Shown: positions 1 through 7,994 of the stretch, one piece after another
How the letters are laid out: every line of letters starts with the position of its first letter
Position numbering within the stretch: position 1 is the first letter of the stretch
Source: Acidilobaceae archaeon
GTDB lineage: Archaea; Thermoproteota; Thermoprotei_A; Sulfolobales; Acidilobaceae
Direction of reading: 5' to 3'
Assembly (NCBI GenBank): GCA_038824665.1
Contig: JAWBBK010000001.1
Location: 453,854 to 476,399, forward strand
DNA: 22,546 bases
Made by a program: the position numbers and the translations under genes
Notes under the pieces: model-generated
Database searches by the model: none
What the model was told of the DNA's origin: nothing
What the model saw: the letters and a program-made list of their open reading frames with translations, nothing else

Positions 1-195
1 CTTACAGCTCCTCTTCACGGTTGTATTTGGACCTCAGACATAGCGAGACTAAAACCTATCGTCGTAGCAGTAGGTAAGTGCAAGATGCACTCCTTCATCA
101 AGGACGCTAAATCTATGACTAGATACTATAGAGTATCGTCTAGAGAAGTAGCTGTGGGAAGCCATAATACTCAAGTCCTATTGAGCCTGTTCTAG
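1..195 (+). CDS. Possible 3' end of an upstream gene (unidentified)
   Basis: Frame +1 is open from base 1 to TAG at 193-195 (LTAPLHGCIW...QVLLSLF*). No recognisable motif; could be a chance open frame. Confidence 0.2.
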   Translation, partial: LTAPLHGCIWTSDIARLKPIVVAVGKCKMHSFIKDAKSMTRYYRVSSREVAVGSHNTQVLLSLF

Positions 196-255
196 ATTTG
201 TAGAAACTCGAGCGAGCGGTTAAATATTACCTAAAAATGTGATCGTTCAGAAATT

Positions 256-276
256 GAAAATAAATAATTTTAAAGC
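256..276 (+). promoter_or_regulatory. Putative archaeal BRE/TATA promoter for the nitroreductase gene
   Basis: A-rich GAAAATAAATAA followed by TTTTAAA about 35-40 nt upstream of GTG 310; SD-like AGGTGA at 297-302. Confidence 0.45.
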
Positions 277-309
277 TGTCTTAAAAAGTGTTTAAAAGGT
301 GAAAGACTA

Positions 310-1137
310 GTGAGTTTAAAGGAGATAGAAGAGACAATAAATGATCTCTGCAATGCGTTACCGAGAAGCGTCGTCACGACACTTCTGCGAGGTCTTCGAA
401 GAGCAAAAGAGCGAAGAGATCCAGCTCTGATCTACCATTATCTCTCTTTTCACTCCCGTAGCTATTTGGGAATGAACCTACTGTATAAGTCGGAACCCTT
501 TCACAAGGTGTATCCTAACGCTCTGAGAATCCCACTGCCCGAACCTCCTAAGAAAAGCGGTGTCGACTTGTTCACAGCTATTGAGTCAAGAAGGAGCAGA
601 CGATCGTTTTCCAGCGACCCTTTGAGCCTTGAAGAGGTCTCAGCTCTACTCTATTATACGGCAGGCATAACTGCTAAAACCAAATGGGGCGAACTTCTCA
701 GAGCTTATCCTAGCGCAGGAAACCTGCAGCCTGTAGAACTCTACTTGGCTGTTTCAAGAGTTGAAAATCTAGAAAAAGGATTGTATCACTACAACCCTAG
801 CGAGCACAGTCTGGAGATGCTAGAAGTCGGAGACTTCTCTGCACCTCTTACTGTAGCGGCTCTTGACCAAGTGTTTATAGAGAGAGCTCCCCTCAACTTA
901 ATAGTGACAGCTGTTTATAGAAGGACCGCTCAAAGATATGGACTAAGAGCTTATCGTTATGTACTTCTAGACTCAGCCATGGCTTCAGAACACATATATC
1001 TCATAGCTGAAGCTCTGAACTTGGCTACTGTCGCTGTAGGCGCCTTCTATGATGATGATATATGTAGAATCTTGCGTATAGATTGTGAAGAGGAAATTCC
1101 TGTGCTATTGTTCCCTGTAGGTAGAAGGAAAGACTAA
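310..1137 (+). CDS. SagB/ThcOx-family dehydrogenase (nitroreductase superfamily)
   Basis: Motifs IESRRSRRSF, LRAYPSAGNLQPVELY, GLYHYNP, RYGLRAYRYVLLD, VAVGAFYDD are characteristic of the family. Confidence 0.9.
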   Translation: MSLKEIEETINDLCNALPRSVVTTLLRGLRRAKERRDPALIYHYLSFHSRSYLGMNLLYKSEPFHKVYPNALRIPLPEPPKKSGVDLFTAIESRRSRRSFSSDPLSLEEVSALLYYTAGITAKTKWGELLRAYPSAGNLQPVELYLAVSRVENLEKGLYHYNPSEHSLEMLEVGDFSAPLTVAALDQVFIERAPLNLIVTAVYRRTAQRYGLRAYRYVLLDSAMASEHIYLIAEALNLATVAVGAFYDDDICRILRIDCEEEIPVLLFPVGRRKD

Positions 1138-1928
1138 AAGTCTGAGTTCGCCAAGCGTTGAACATCTAGACATTCGGTTAGAGCTTCGGAACAGCCCCTA
1201 AAGTCCACTAGCTCTAAGACTGCTTCTAGCACACCTGCTCCTCCAGACTTCCTCACGACCTTAGCTGACGCTCTTTTAGCGAGATCGGAAGCGTCGGAAA
1301 GAGTGATCGAAAGTCTCGCTTTAGCTAACATAGTCGTGTCGTTATCGCCGTCTCCTATAGCTAAAACGTCGTCCCATCTCAGGTTTAGTTTCTCAAGAAC
1401 AGCGTTCACTCCTTTTTCTTTACCACCTTCAGCTGGATAAACGTGTAGAGCATAGCCAGACCACGTAGCTTTGAAGCCATGCTCCGATACTATTGTCTTG
1501 GCTTTCGACAGCGCTATCTCAAAGTTCTTCTCGGGAGGGTAGAAAGCTATGTCGTAGACTCTAAACCTGTTCTGCCACGCTTCTCTAAAACCTAGTGCCA
1601 GTAGCTCTTCTATTAGCTGACGTGGAGGTCTCGACCTACATATATGTAACTCTTCTGTTTCTAAAAGAGCAAGACAACCGTTTTCACCAATAGCGATATC
1701 TGCTCCTAAATACGTAGAGAGACCAGCTACAACCGGCAGAGAGTTGCCAGAAACCAAAGAAACCCTAACGCCTAAACACTTCAACACACGAAGAGCTACT
1801 ACCGCTTCAAGAGAAAACTGGAGACTTCCACGCCTTTCGGTCAAGGTACCGTCGACGTCTATAGCTGCAAACTTGATCGGTAGACGTTCTCTGTTCTTCT
1901 GTTGCACGACCAAATCACAACGCCCCAA
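1134..1928 (-). CDS. HAD-superfamily (Cof/SPP-type) hydrolase, archaeal phosphoglycolate-phosphatase-like
   Basis: HAD motif I DVDGTLT, motif II VSGN, ENG, motif III K (GKEKG), motif IV GDGDND. Exact start uncertain. Stop codon overlaps the upstream gene's stop (CTAA 1134-1137). Confidence 0.85.
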   Translation of the reverse strand: MGRCDLVVQQKNRERLPIKFAAIDVDGTLTERRGSLQFSLEAVVALRVLKCLGVRVSLVSGNSLPVVAGLSTYLGADIAIGENGCLALLETEELHICRSRPPRQLIEELLALGFREAWQNRFRVYDIAFYPPEKNFEIALSKAKTIVSEHGFKATWSGYALHVYPAEGGKEKGVNAVLEKLNLRWDDVLAIGDGDNDTTMLAKARLSITLSDASDLAKRASAKVVRKSGGAGVLEAVLELVDFRGCSEALTECLDVQRLANSDF

Positions 1929-1990
1929 GATAGGAAGACTACCGCTAATTAAAGTCTATCCTTGTTATATCTTGAGCTAGAACTATAGTT

Positions 1991-2004
1991 AAAGGAATTT
2001 ATAA
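1991..2004 (+). promoter_or_regulatory. Putative BRE/TATA for speE
   Basis: AAAGGAA-TTTATAA about 45 nt upstream of GTG 2048; GGTGG SD-like at 2036-2040. Confidence 0.45.
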
Positions 2005-2047
2005 GAAGAGCAGTATGCATTTAGTCTAGCCTCTCGGTGGTCTAGAA

Positions 2048-2956
2048 GTGAGGGTTCCTTATCTTCTTTTCATAGAATGGGACACACCAACTCACGGTCA
2101 CGTGAAAGTGCTTGCAAAAATAATCGAGTATAGAGTTTCTAAATATCAAGAAATAATTGTAGCTGAGACTAAAGAGTTCGGAAGATTATTAATATTGGAC
2201 GGCAAGACTCAGTCTTCAGAAGTTGATGAATTCATATATCATGAGTCTCTAACTCATCCAGCGATGATACTCCATGGAAACCCTAAGAATGTTTTGATCT
2301 TAGGTGGTGGAGAAGGAGCTACAGCACGCGAAGTGCTTAAGTATAAGAGCGTGAAGAGAGTAGTAATGGTTGACATAGATGAAGAAGTGGTTAGAGTCTC
2401 TCGAGAACACTTAGAATTTATGAACAAAGGGGTTTTTGATAACCCTAGGCTCGAGCTGAAGATTGGAGACGCTCTAGACTACGTCTACTCAACTAACGAA
2501 AAGTTCGATGTTGTGATAGCCGACCTCTCTGATCCTATAGAAGCTGGTCCATCTTATAAACTATATACAAAAGAGTTTTATGAAAGACTGAGCGAGATCC
2601 TCGAAGAAGGAGGAGTGTTCGTAACCCAAGCGACGAGCCCTATAGGCTCTCCCAAAGTGCACGCTGTCATCTACAACACTATCAGAAGCGTCTTCAGATA
2701 TGCCTCCTACTATCATGTGTTCGTTCCTAGCTTCGAGACACTTTGGGGCTTTGTCATAGCGTCAAACAGCAAAGACCCTGCGTCTCTCGAACCCGAAATT
2801 GTAGATAAAACGCTCAGAGAGCTGAACATAGAGACCAGGTTTTACGACTCGAAAGCACACAGACACATGTTCAGCGTATCTAAGTATTTAAGAACTCTAA
2901 TAGAATCAGAGAAGTCTGTAGCGGTTATGGACAATCCGGTTTTCATGCCTGCTTAG
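2048..2956 (+). CDS. speE: Polyamine aminopropyltransferase (spermidine synthase)
   Basis: SKYQEI, FGRLLILDGKTQ, DEFIYHESLTHP, VLILGGGEGATAREVL, VDID, DVVIADLSDP signature motifs. Confidence 0.95.
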   Translation: MRVPYLLFIEWDTPTHGHVKVLAKIIEYRVSKYQEIIVAETKEFGRLLILDGKTQSSEVDEFIYHESLTHPAMILHGNPKNVLILGGGEGATAREVLKYKSVKRVVMVDIDEEVVRVSREHLEFMNKGVFDNPRLELKIGDALDYVYSTNEKFDVVIADLSDPIEAGPSYKLYTKEFYERLSEILEEGGVFVTQATSPIGSPKVHAVIYNTIRSVFRYASYYHVFVPSFETLWGFVIASNSKDPASLEPEIVDKTLRELNIETRFYDSKAHRHMFSVSKYLRTLIESEKSVAVMDNPVFMPA

Positions 2957-3018
2957 CCTAACCCTGTCACTCAAAAGATATTTACTCTTAAGGTAGTGCT
3001 GTACAAAGGAGATAGCTT

Positions 3019-3687
3019 TTGGAGCTATCTCACCTTCTAGCTTTGATGGTTGTTTATGCCTCAATTGATTCAATAAACTTATGTGCAATCTCTACGACCG
3101 CTGTCTTAGCGCTTTACTCATCTACGCTTATGCCTAGCGGGATTCGAAAACTAGCTTTGCCTGCCTTTTTCATCTGCGGAGTTTACTTAGGTTATGTGCT
3201 TGTCGGTCTGGCTCTTAGCTTTGTGCTCGTGTATTACAAAGTCTTACTGACATTAGTCGTAGGTCTTGCCGTGATCCTCTTGATTTTAGACATTAGAGAA
3301 GCTTTGAAAAAAGAAACAGTCGCCTGTAAGATAGGTGAATGTCTGCCCGCTTGGATCCAAAGGCTTCCAATGTCTTTGCTCAACTTAGGAGCCTTCATTT
3401 ATGGAGTCGTTGTTTCTTGGAGCTTCATGTTATGTTCTGCTGCTCCTTATCTTATCTTTTTAAGCATGCTCTCTCAATATATGAGTTCTTGGGAACTCCG
3501 AGCTTTAATTATAGCTTTATATTGTCTTATAATAATTGCACCCCTAATAATTGTCGCATCTCTTCCTGTTGTTTTAACTGAATACATCTCTATCAACTTG
3601 AGGACGCTTCTCTTAGCGAGATCGCTTCTGCTTTCTATAGTGGCGCTTCTCGGAGTCTATTACCTCTTCATGACCTCTCCTTCATGA
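3019..3687 (+). CDS. CcdA/DsbD-beta-like (cytochrome c biogenesis-type) six-TM membrane protein
   Basis: About 6 hydrophobic segments; DSINLCA in TM1 and FMLCSAAPY in TM4 match the two-cysteine pseudo-repeat pattern (DxxNPC / LPCxxxPY) of this family. Confidence 0.6.
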   Translation: MELSHLLALMVVYASIDSINLCAISTTAVLALYSSTLMPSGIRKLALPAFFICGVYLGYVLVGLALSFVLVYYKVLLTLVVGLAVILLILDIREALKKETVACKIGECLPAWIQRLPMSLLNLGAFIYGVVVSWSFMLCSAAPYLIFLSMLSQYMSSWELRALIIALYCLIIIAPLIIVASLPVVLTEYISINLRTLLLARSLLLSIVALLGVYYLFMTSPS

Positions 3688-3750
3688 GTTAACCCCTACA
3701 GAGATATCTTTAAAACTCTCAGACCTTCTGCCGAGGTCAGGATCGGAGTA

Positions 3751-4422
3751 ATGCTTAGAGCGTTATTGTCAATTGTTCTCTTAACTCTAGCTATAACGCC
3801 TACTGGAGCTTTCGCTCCTGGTCCGCTTTCCGCTACGGCTTTAGCTTCAGGAGCTAGCTTAGGAGCGATAGGAGGACTCATCATAGCTTTAGGTCATGCT
3901 CTCTTCGAACTGCCTTACGTGATAGCTCTCTACAAGGCTTTAGGAAAAGTGGAAAGAAGCGTGAAGAAGTTCAAGCCCTTCATGACTTTCATAGCCGCGT
4001 TCTTCATGCTCTACTTCGCCTACCTACTATTCTCTAGCGCATATGATGTTTACTCTAAGGGATCTATCGAAACCAATAGCGATATTAGGAGCTTCGGATA
4101 TCTCGATGCTCTAGTAGCTGGGCTTGCTTTAACTGGATTCAACGCACACTTCCTTCTCTGGTGGATTACCGTAGGCTTTCCTCTGATAGCGGAAGCTCGT
4201 AGACTAGGTTATGTTGGTCTTACCGTTATGTATTCAGTCCACGTATCGATGGATTTCTTCTGGCTAGCTCTGCTAGCCGTTGCTGGAGCTATGGCCAAAT
4301 CTCTAGATTATAGACTCTACGCAACCTTATTAGTAGCTCTAGCGATTTTTCTTGTATTCTTCGTACTCAGAACTATATTCAGCGAGATGAGAGTCTTACG
4401 AGAAGGAGAAAAGCGTGGCTAA
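3751..4422 (+). CDS. LysE-family translocator
   Basis: PTGAFAPGPL, GxxxGGxxxALGHALFE, and GLALTGFNAHFLLWW (cf. NPxxxxWW) typical of archaeal LysE/RhtB exporters. Confidence 0.85.
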   Translation: MLRALLSIVLLTLAITPTGAFAPGPLSATALASGASLGAIGGLIIALGHALFELPYVIALYKALGKVERSVKKFKPFMTFIAAFFMLYFAYLLFSSAYDVYSKGSIETNSDIRSFGYLDALVAGLALTGFNAHFLLWWITVGFPLIAEARRLGYVGLTVMYSVHVSMDFFWLALLAVAGAMAKSLDYRLYATLLVALAIFLVFFVLRTIFSEMRVLREGEKRG

Positions 4423-5175
4423 AGACCTTTCAGTATGTCGCGATAGTAGTTGAAGTAAGTTGAAGTAAATAGAGTGTTTTCTCATAGTGTCTATGTATTT
4501 CCTTTTATCATATTCTACTGTCACCTTTGAGTCCGCTTTTGTAATAGGTTTCGAGAACTTCTTCTGAACCTCTTCTCTATAATAGTCTTGAAGTACGTTA
4601 AACGCACAAAACGGTATCGGTCTGCCGCCAGGTAGAGCGTAATGAATGTTACATTTCTTAACTCTCTCCACGTCGTAGTTATAGATGTCCATAAAGCGTA
4701 TTGCTCCCAACGAGCAGACTGTTTCTCAAGAACTCCTTAACGGCATCTATGTTAGCTTTCAGCATAAATTTGATAAGGAGATTAACGGGTCTCACATCCT
4801 TCGACAGTCTGTCTATGTCAGCGAACTTTCTGATGCTATTGACGAGCTTTACTTTATCTAGAACTGTAGCCTTTCCTCTTTTCTCAATATCTTTTCTTAG
4901 CTCATCTACGTACTCCAAAAACCCTTCTACGTCAAATAAGTCTCGTAGTCTCCGAAGTACAGTCCTCTTATGTACCGTGATTGGGACATTTCTTTCTAAT
5001 GTAGAGTCTTCTTTCTCGTCCAATTATAAGAGCTGGGACGAGCCGATAGCAGTCTGGACATAAGCTTGTGGTCACTTTAATAAGTTTCTCCTCCTCTCTT
5101 AAAAGAGCTAAAGCATCGTTGTCTGAAGCCTTAGTTTTAGGAGCTTTTCTACTGACGGTTCTAGACCCTAGCCAT
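4419..5175 (-). pseudogene. tes: Degraded tetraether-lipid-synthase-family (Tes/MJ0619-like) radical SAM gene: internal deletion plus frameshifts and a nonsense codon
   Basis: Minus strand 5090-4971 reads [40 protein letters not shown] (N-terminal rubredoxin-like CPxC...CPxHG). It then shifts to YFGDYETY and jumps directly to DVEGFLEY...LLVG / AIRFMDIYNYDVERVKKCNIHYALPGGRPIPFCAFN (C-terminal motifs). No CxxxCxxC core is present. tes versus a paralogue such as gms cannot be resolved. Confidence 0.85.
4448..4467. repeat. 10-nt tandem duplication AGTTGAAGTA x2 inside the pseudogene
   Basis: Seen directly at 4448-4457 and 4458-4467. Removing one copy restores ...IYFNYYRDILKGL* with TAG at 4419-4421. 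Confidence 0.85.
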
Positions 5176-5278
5176 GTGAGGAATCCTTCTTAATTAACTC
5201 AATAGTTGTTGAAAGGTTTAAAGATTTAACGCTAAAGACGTGTTGAAGCTATACTTCTGCAAACAGTCGCACTAGACT

Positions 5279-5833
5279 TTATCCGTGCTCGCTTGAAGCT
5301 CTTGATTTAAGTTCGGTCAAGTATAAACATAGGTCATTTACCAAAGCCTCAATGTTGTTGTAGACCAGTATGGGAGAGAGCTTTCTGTAATCTAAATGAG
5401 GAGCTAAAGACTCTAGCCTATCGCTATCCATCCCGCTCTTTAAGAGAAAGACTGGCTTACTTTCAGTATAGGCGGTCACAACTTCTTGAATGACTCCTGC
5501 TCCACCTCCTAGAGCCACTAAAACGTCGCTACTTCTGGCTAAGATCACGCTTCTCGCTCTGTAGCTAGTACCTGATCTGATGACTATTGCCTTCTCTGGA
5601 AAATCTACGTCTTCTTTCTCAACAGGTGGAAGAATAACTACTGTGAGTCCCCAGGATAGAGCTTCGTCTACAACGACCTTCATGAGTCCCCAATATCCAC
5701 CTAAAACGAGAGCTACGTTATCGCTACACTTCTTAGCTAGAAGAGCAACGAATCTACGCGAAGTTTTCTCTAAGTCTTCTCCATAGCTTCCGCTATGAGC
5801 CGCAACGCCGACTAACTTCATGGCTTTAACCAC
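5279..5833 (-). CDS. LOG/SLOG-family (TIGR00725-like) nucleotide-binding protein
   Basis: LVLGGYWGLMKVV, VVILP, RSVILARSSDVLVALGGGAGVIQEV, KPVF motifs. Confidence 0.85.
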   Translation of the reverse strand: MVKAMKLVGVAAHSGSYGEDLEKTSRRFVALLAKKCSDNVALVLGGYWGLMKVVVDEALSWGLTVVILPPVEKEDVDFPEKAIVIRSGTSYRARSVILARSSDVLVALGGGAGVIQEVVTAYTESKPVFLLKSGMDSDRLESLAPHLDYRKLSPILVYNNIEALVNDLCLYLTELKSRASSEHG

Positions 5834-6607
5834 TTATTCACTTATAGGCGCAATGAATATCGTTGTCTTCTCTCCAGCAGGCAAATCGAACGTAACTTTA
5901 GCTGGGTAGTTAGTAGCGAACTCTAACTTAACGACCTCTGCCGCTCCAGCAGGCTTTACGGCTATGTCTATAGAGGACCTGGAGTAAAGAGATTCCGCTG
6001 ACTCTTCGACGTCTAACTCAAGAAGAGGGTCTCCAGGTTTCAGCGTCCACTCATAAGACTTCCCTTCGCCTCTAGCTATAACCTTAACCTCTCCTGGAGC
6101 TGCTCTCACAGCTAAGGTATCGCCAACTACTTTAACGTCTTGAGAGAGTAGCTTGAAGTCTTTTGAGTTCATGGAAAACCTAGCAGTCGCATTAAGCCTA
6201 AGCTCTTTATAGTCTGCTCCGCTCGTTGAAAGAATAGGTATCTCAAACGTTCTTCTCATTCCCGTCTTCCTATCTACAAGAGTCGACATGATTACGTTCG
6301 CGTCTTCAGTCATCTCTAACTCTAGGACGTCGTTTCTTCCTGCTCTTTTAGCTATTCTGTGAAGGTCTTCGGTCTTTATCAGAAGTCTCATGGGGCTTGT
6401 TACCTCGAAAGCTTCTAGAGAGAGAGGCGGTATGGAGACTACTGCCATTAATGTCTTATCTGGACTCATCATCCAAAGCGTTAATCCGTCTTCTGAGACC
6501 ATTACGTTACACTCATCGCTTATTTTCGACAAAGCGTACGTAACATATTTGAACTTAGAAGCCTTAGGATAAGCCAGTCTGAACAGCAACTCTAGTCTCC
6601 GCTCCAA
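5834..6607 (-). CDS. pcn: DNA polymerase sliding clamp (PCNA), one of the crenarchaeal paralogues
   Basis: 257 aa; ALSKISDE, EDGLTLWMMSPDKTLM, FEIP, ESLYS, LEFATNYPAKVTF and terminal IFIAP match the PCNA fold signature. Confidence 0.88.
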   Translation of the reverse strand: MERRLELLFRLAYPKASKFKYVTYALSKISDECNVMVSEDGLTLWMMSPDKTLMAVVSIPPLSLEAFEVTSPMRLLIKTEDLHRIAKRAGRNDVLELEMTEDANVIMSTLVDRKTGMRRTFEIPILSTSGADYKELRLNATARFSMNSKDFKLLSQDVKVVGDTLAVRAAPGEVKVIARGEGKSYEWTLKPGDPLLELDVEESAESLYSRSSIDIAVKPAGAAEVVKLEFATNYPAKVTFDLPAGEKTTIFIAPISE

Positions 6608-6706
6608 TCAGCTTCCTTCCAGCTTAAAAAGGTGTTGAACGCTTTTCTAGAACTTCATGAGATCATAGAAGAGCTTTTCTCTATATTCAAAATCTTGGAG
6701 AGGTGT

Positions 6707-7834
6707 TTGAGGGTAGCCGTCATAGGAGCGGGGTTCTCTGGACTCGTGTTTGCAGTAAAGCTGGCTGAGATAGGACTCAACGTAGTCGTGTATGAAGAGC
6801 ATGAAAGCGTGGGAATCCCTACCCACTGCACGGGGCTCGTGTCTTCGAAGACCGTGAAGCTCATCGGAAACCCCGCACAAAATTGTATAGAGAGAATATA
6901 TGATTCTTTAGAACTAATTGGCAAGAGGTCTAAAGTCACTATTGTCGTCAAAGAAGGGATCGTCAAACTAGACAGAGTAGCTTTAGAGAAAGAGCTTTTG
7001 CGAAAAGCTGAGAAGATAGGAGTTGAGACAGAACTAGGAGTAAGGGTTGAACGAGTTACTCCTGAAGGAGAAGTCAAAGCGAAAGGGTTCTCTAAGAGTT
7101 ACGATGTTGTAGTGTTGGCTGAAGGATACAGAGGAGAACTCAAGAGAACTCTTGGACTTGATTTCGAATCTAAGACGGTTTACGGAGTGAACAGAGATTA
7201 TCCAGCCTCATCTGATGGAAAAGCCATCGAGGTGTATTTAGGTGAGAGGTTTCCTTACGGCTTTTTCGCCTGGCGTCTCTATAGAGATAGAGAAATCACT
7301 TTAGGTCTTGGAGCTCCTACGAAAAGAGCTGCCGCAAAGCTACTAGAAAAGCTAGAGAAAACCTTTAATCTAAAGAGTTCTAAGAGGTCCTATGGAGGCA
7401 TCATAGTCCTAGGGCCTCCAGCAAAGAGGTTCAGGAATAACAGGGTCGTGATCGTAGGCGATGCTGCTGCGTTAAACAAGCCACTTACAGGAGGAGGGCT
7501 TTATCCAAACGCTCTAGCTGCTGAAATATCGAAACGTCTCATAGCTATAGGGGAAGACCCTCTTAAAGCTCTTCAAACATCTCTTGAAAGCGTAGCTCAC
7601 AAACTTAGAAGAGTCACCCCTATAGCTAGAGTCGTTCAGAGCTGTCCTCTATTAGTTGAAGAAGTTTTAGATGTTCTCTCAAGCACATTAAGAGGCGATC
7701 CCATAGAGCTAGATTATGACAACCATCTAGAAGACTTGCTCCGTATTGTAGCGACAGTGTTGAGGAGTCCTAGAACAGCACGCTTACTAAGTCCTAACGT
7801 ACTGAAGTCTCTGTTTTCGTGCTTTAAGCTATAA
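6707..7834 (+). CDS. FAD-dependent oxidoreductase, geranylgeranyl-reductase family paralogue
   Basis: VAVIGAGFSG Rossmann motif, EEH..VGIPTHCTGLVS, LDRVALEK, VGDAAALNKPLTGGGL. Start placed at TTG 6707 after SD-like GGAGAGGTG (ORF track extends to 6632). Confidence 0.8.
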   Translation: MRVAVIGAGFSGLVFAVKLAEIGLNVVVYEEHESVGIPTHCTGLVSSKTVKLIGNPAQNCIERIYDSLELIGKRSKVTIVVKEGIVKLDRVALEKELLRKAEKIGVETELGVRVERVTPEGEVKAKGFSKSYDVVVLAEGYRGELKRTLGLDFESKTVYGVNRDYPASSDGKAIEVYLGERFPYGFFAWRLYRDREITLGLGAPTKRAAAKLLEKLEKTFNLKSSKRSYGGIIVLGPPAKRFRNNRVVIVGDAAALNKPLTGGGLYPNALAAEISKRLIAIGEDPLKALQTSLESVAHKLRRVTPIARVVQSCPLLVEEVLDVLSSTLRGDPIELDYDNHLEDLLRIVATVLRSPRTARLLSPNVLKSLFSCFKL

Positions 7835-7846
7835 ATCTGAAGTTGT

Positions 7847-7912
7847 TCGTCGGGCTCGAACGGTTCATGAACTCCTCATTGTTTCAGCCAACCCAGCGAC
7901 TCTCATCGCCTT
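7847..7912 (-). ncRNA. Candidate box C/D guide sRNA
   Basis: Minus strand: C box GCGATGA (7909-7903), 15-nt spacer, D' CTGA (7887-7884), 4 nt, C' ATGAGGA (7879-7873), 19-nt spacer, D-like CCGA (7853-7850). TATA lies about 25 nt upstream. Confidence 0.5.
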
Positions 7913-7934
7913 CGATCTAACAATTGGCTTAATG

Positions 7935-7942
7935 CTTATAAG
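7935..7942. promoter_or_regulatory. Palindromic TATA element CTTATAAG, possibly bidirectional (ABC binding protein and candidate sRNA)
   Basis: Perfect palindrome 53 nt upstream of ATG 7995 (SD GGGTGA at 7983-7988) and about 25 nt from the C box on the opposite strand. Confidence 0.5.
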
Positions 7943-7994
7943 TCTCCACAGAGAAGACGCTAGAAACCAGTTAGTCTAGAGTGGGTGAGACTCC

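Noticed and set aside
310-1137. SagB-type dehydrogenase as part of a RiPP (azole peptide) cluster
   Set aside because: No YcaO cyclodehydratase, precursor peptide or exporter is visible in the window, and stand-alone SagB-like nitroreductases are common in archaea. Sequence upstream of base 1 is not visible.
4679-5023. 114-aa minus-strand ORF as an independent gene
   Set aside because: Its N-terminal ~28 residues are an out-of-frame reading of the tes-like N-terminus; the rest is a pseudogene fragment.
4396-5175. Programmed frameshifting or split-gene expression of the tes-like gene
   Set aside because: The catalytic radical SAM domain is absent and there are several unrelated lesions with no slippery-site pattern.
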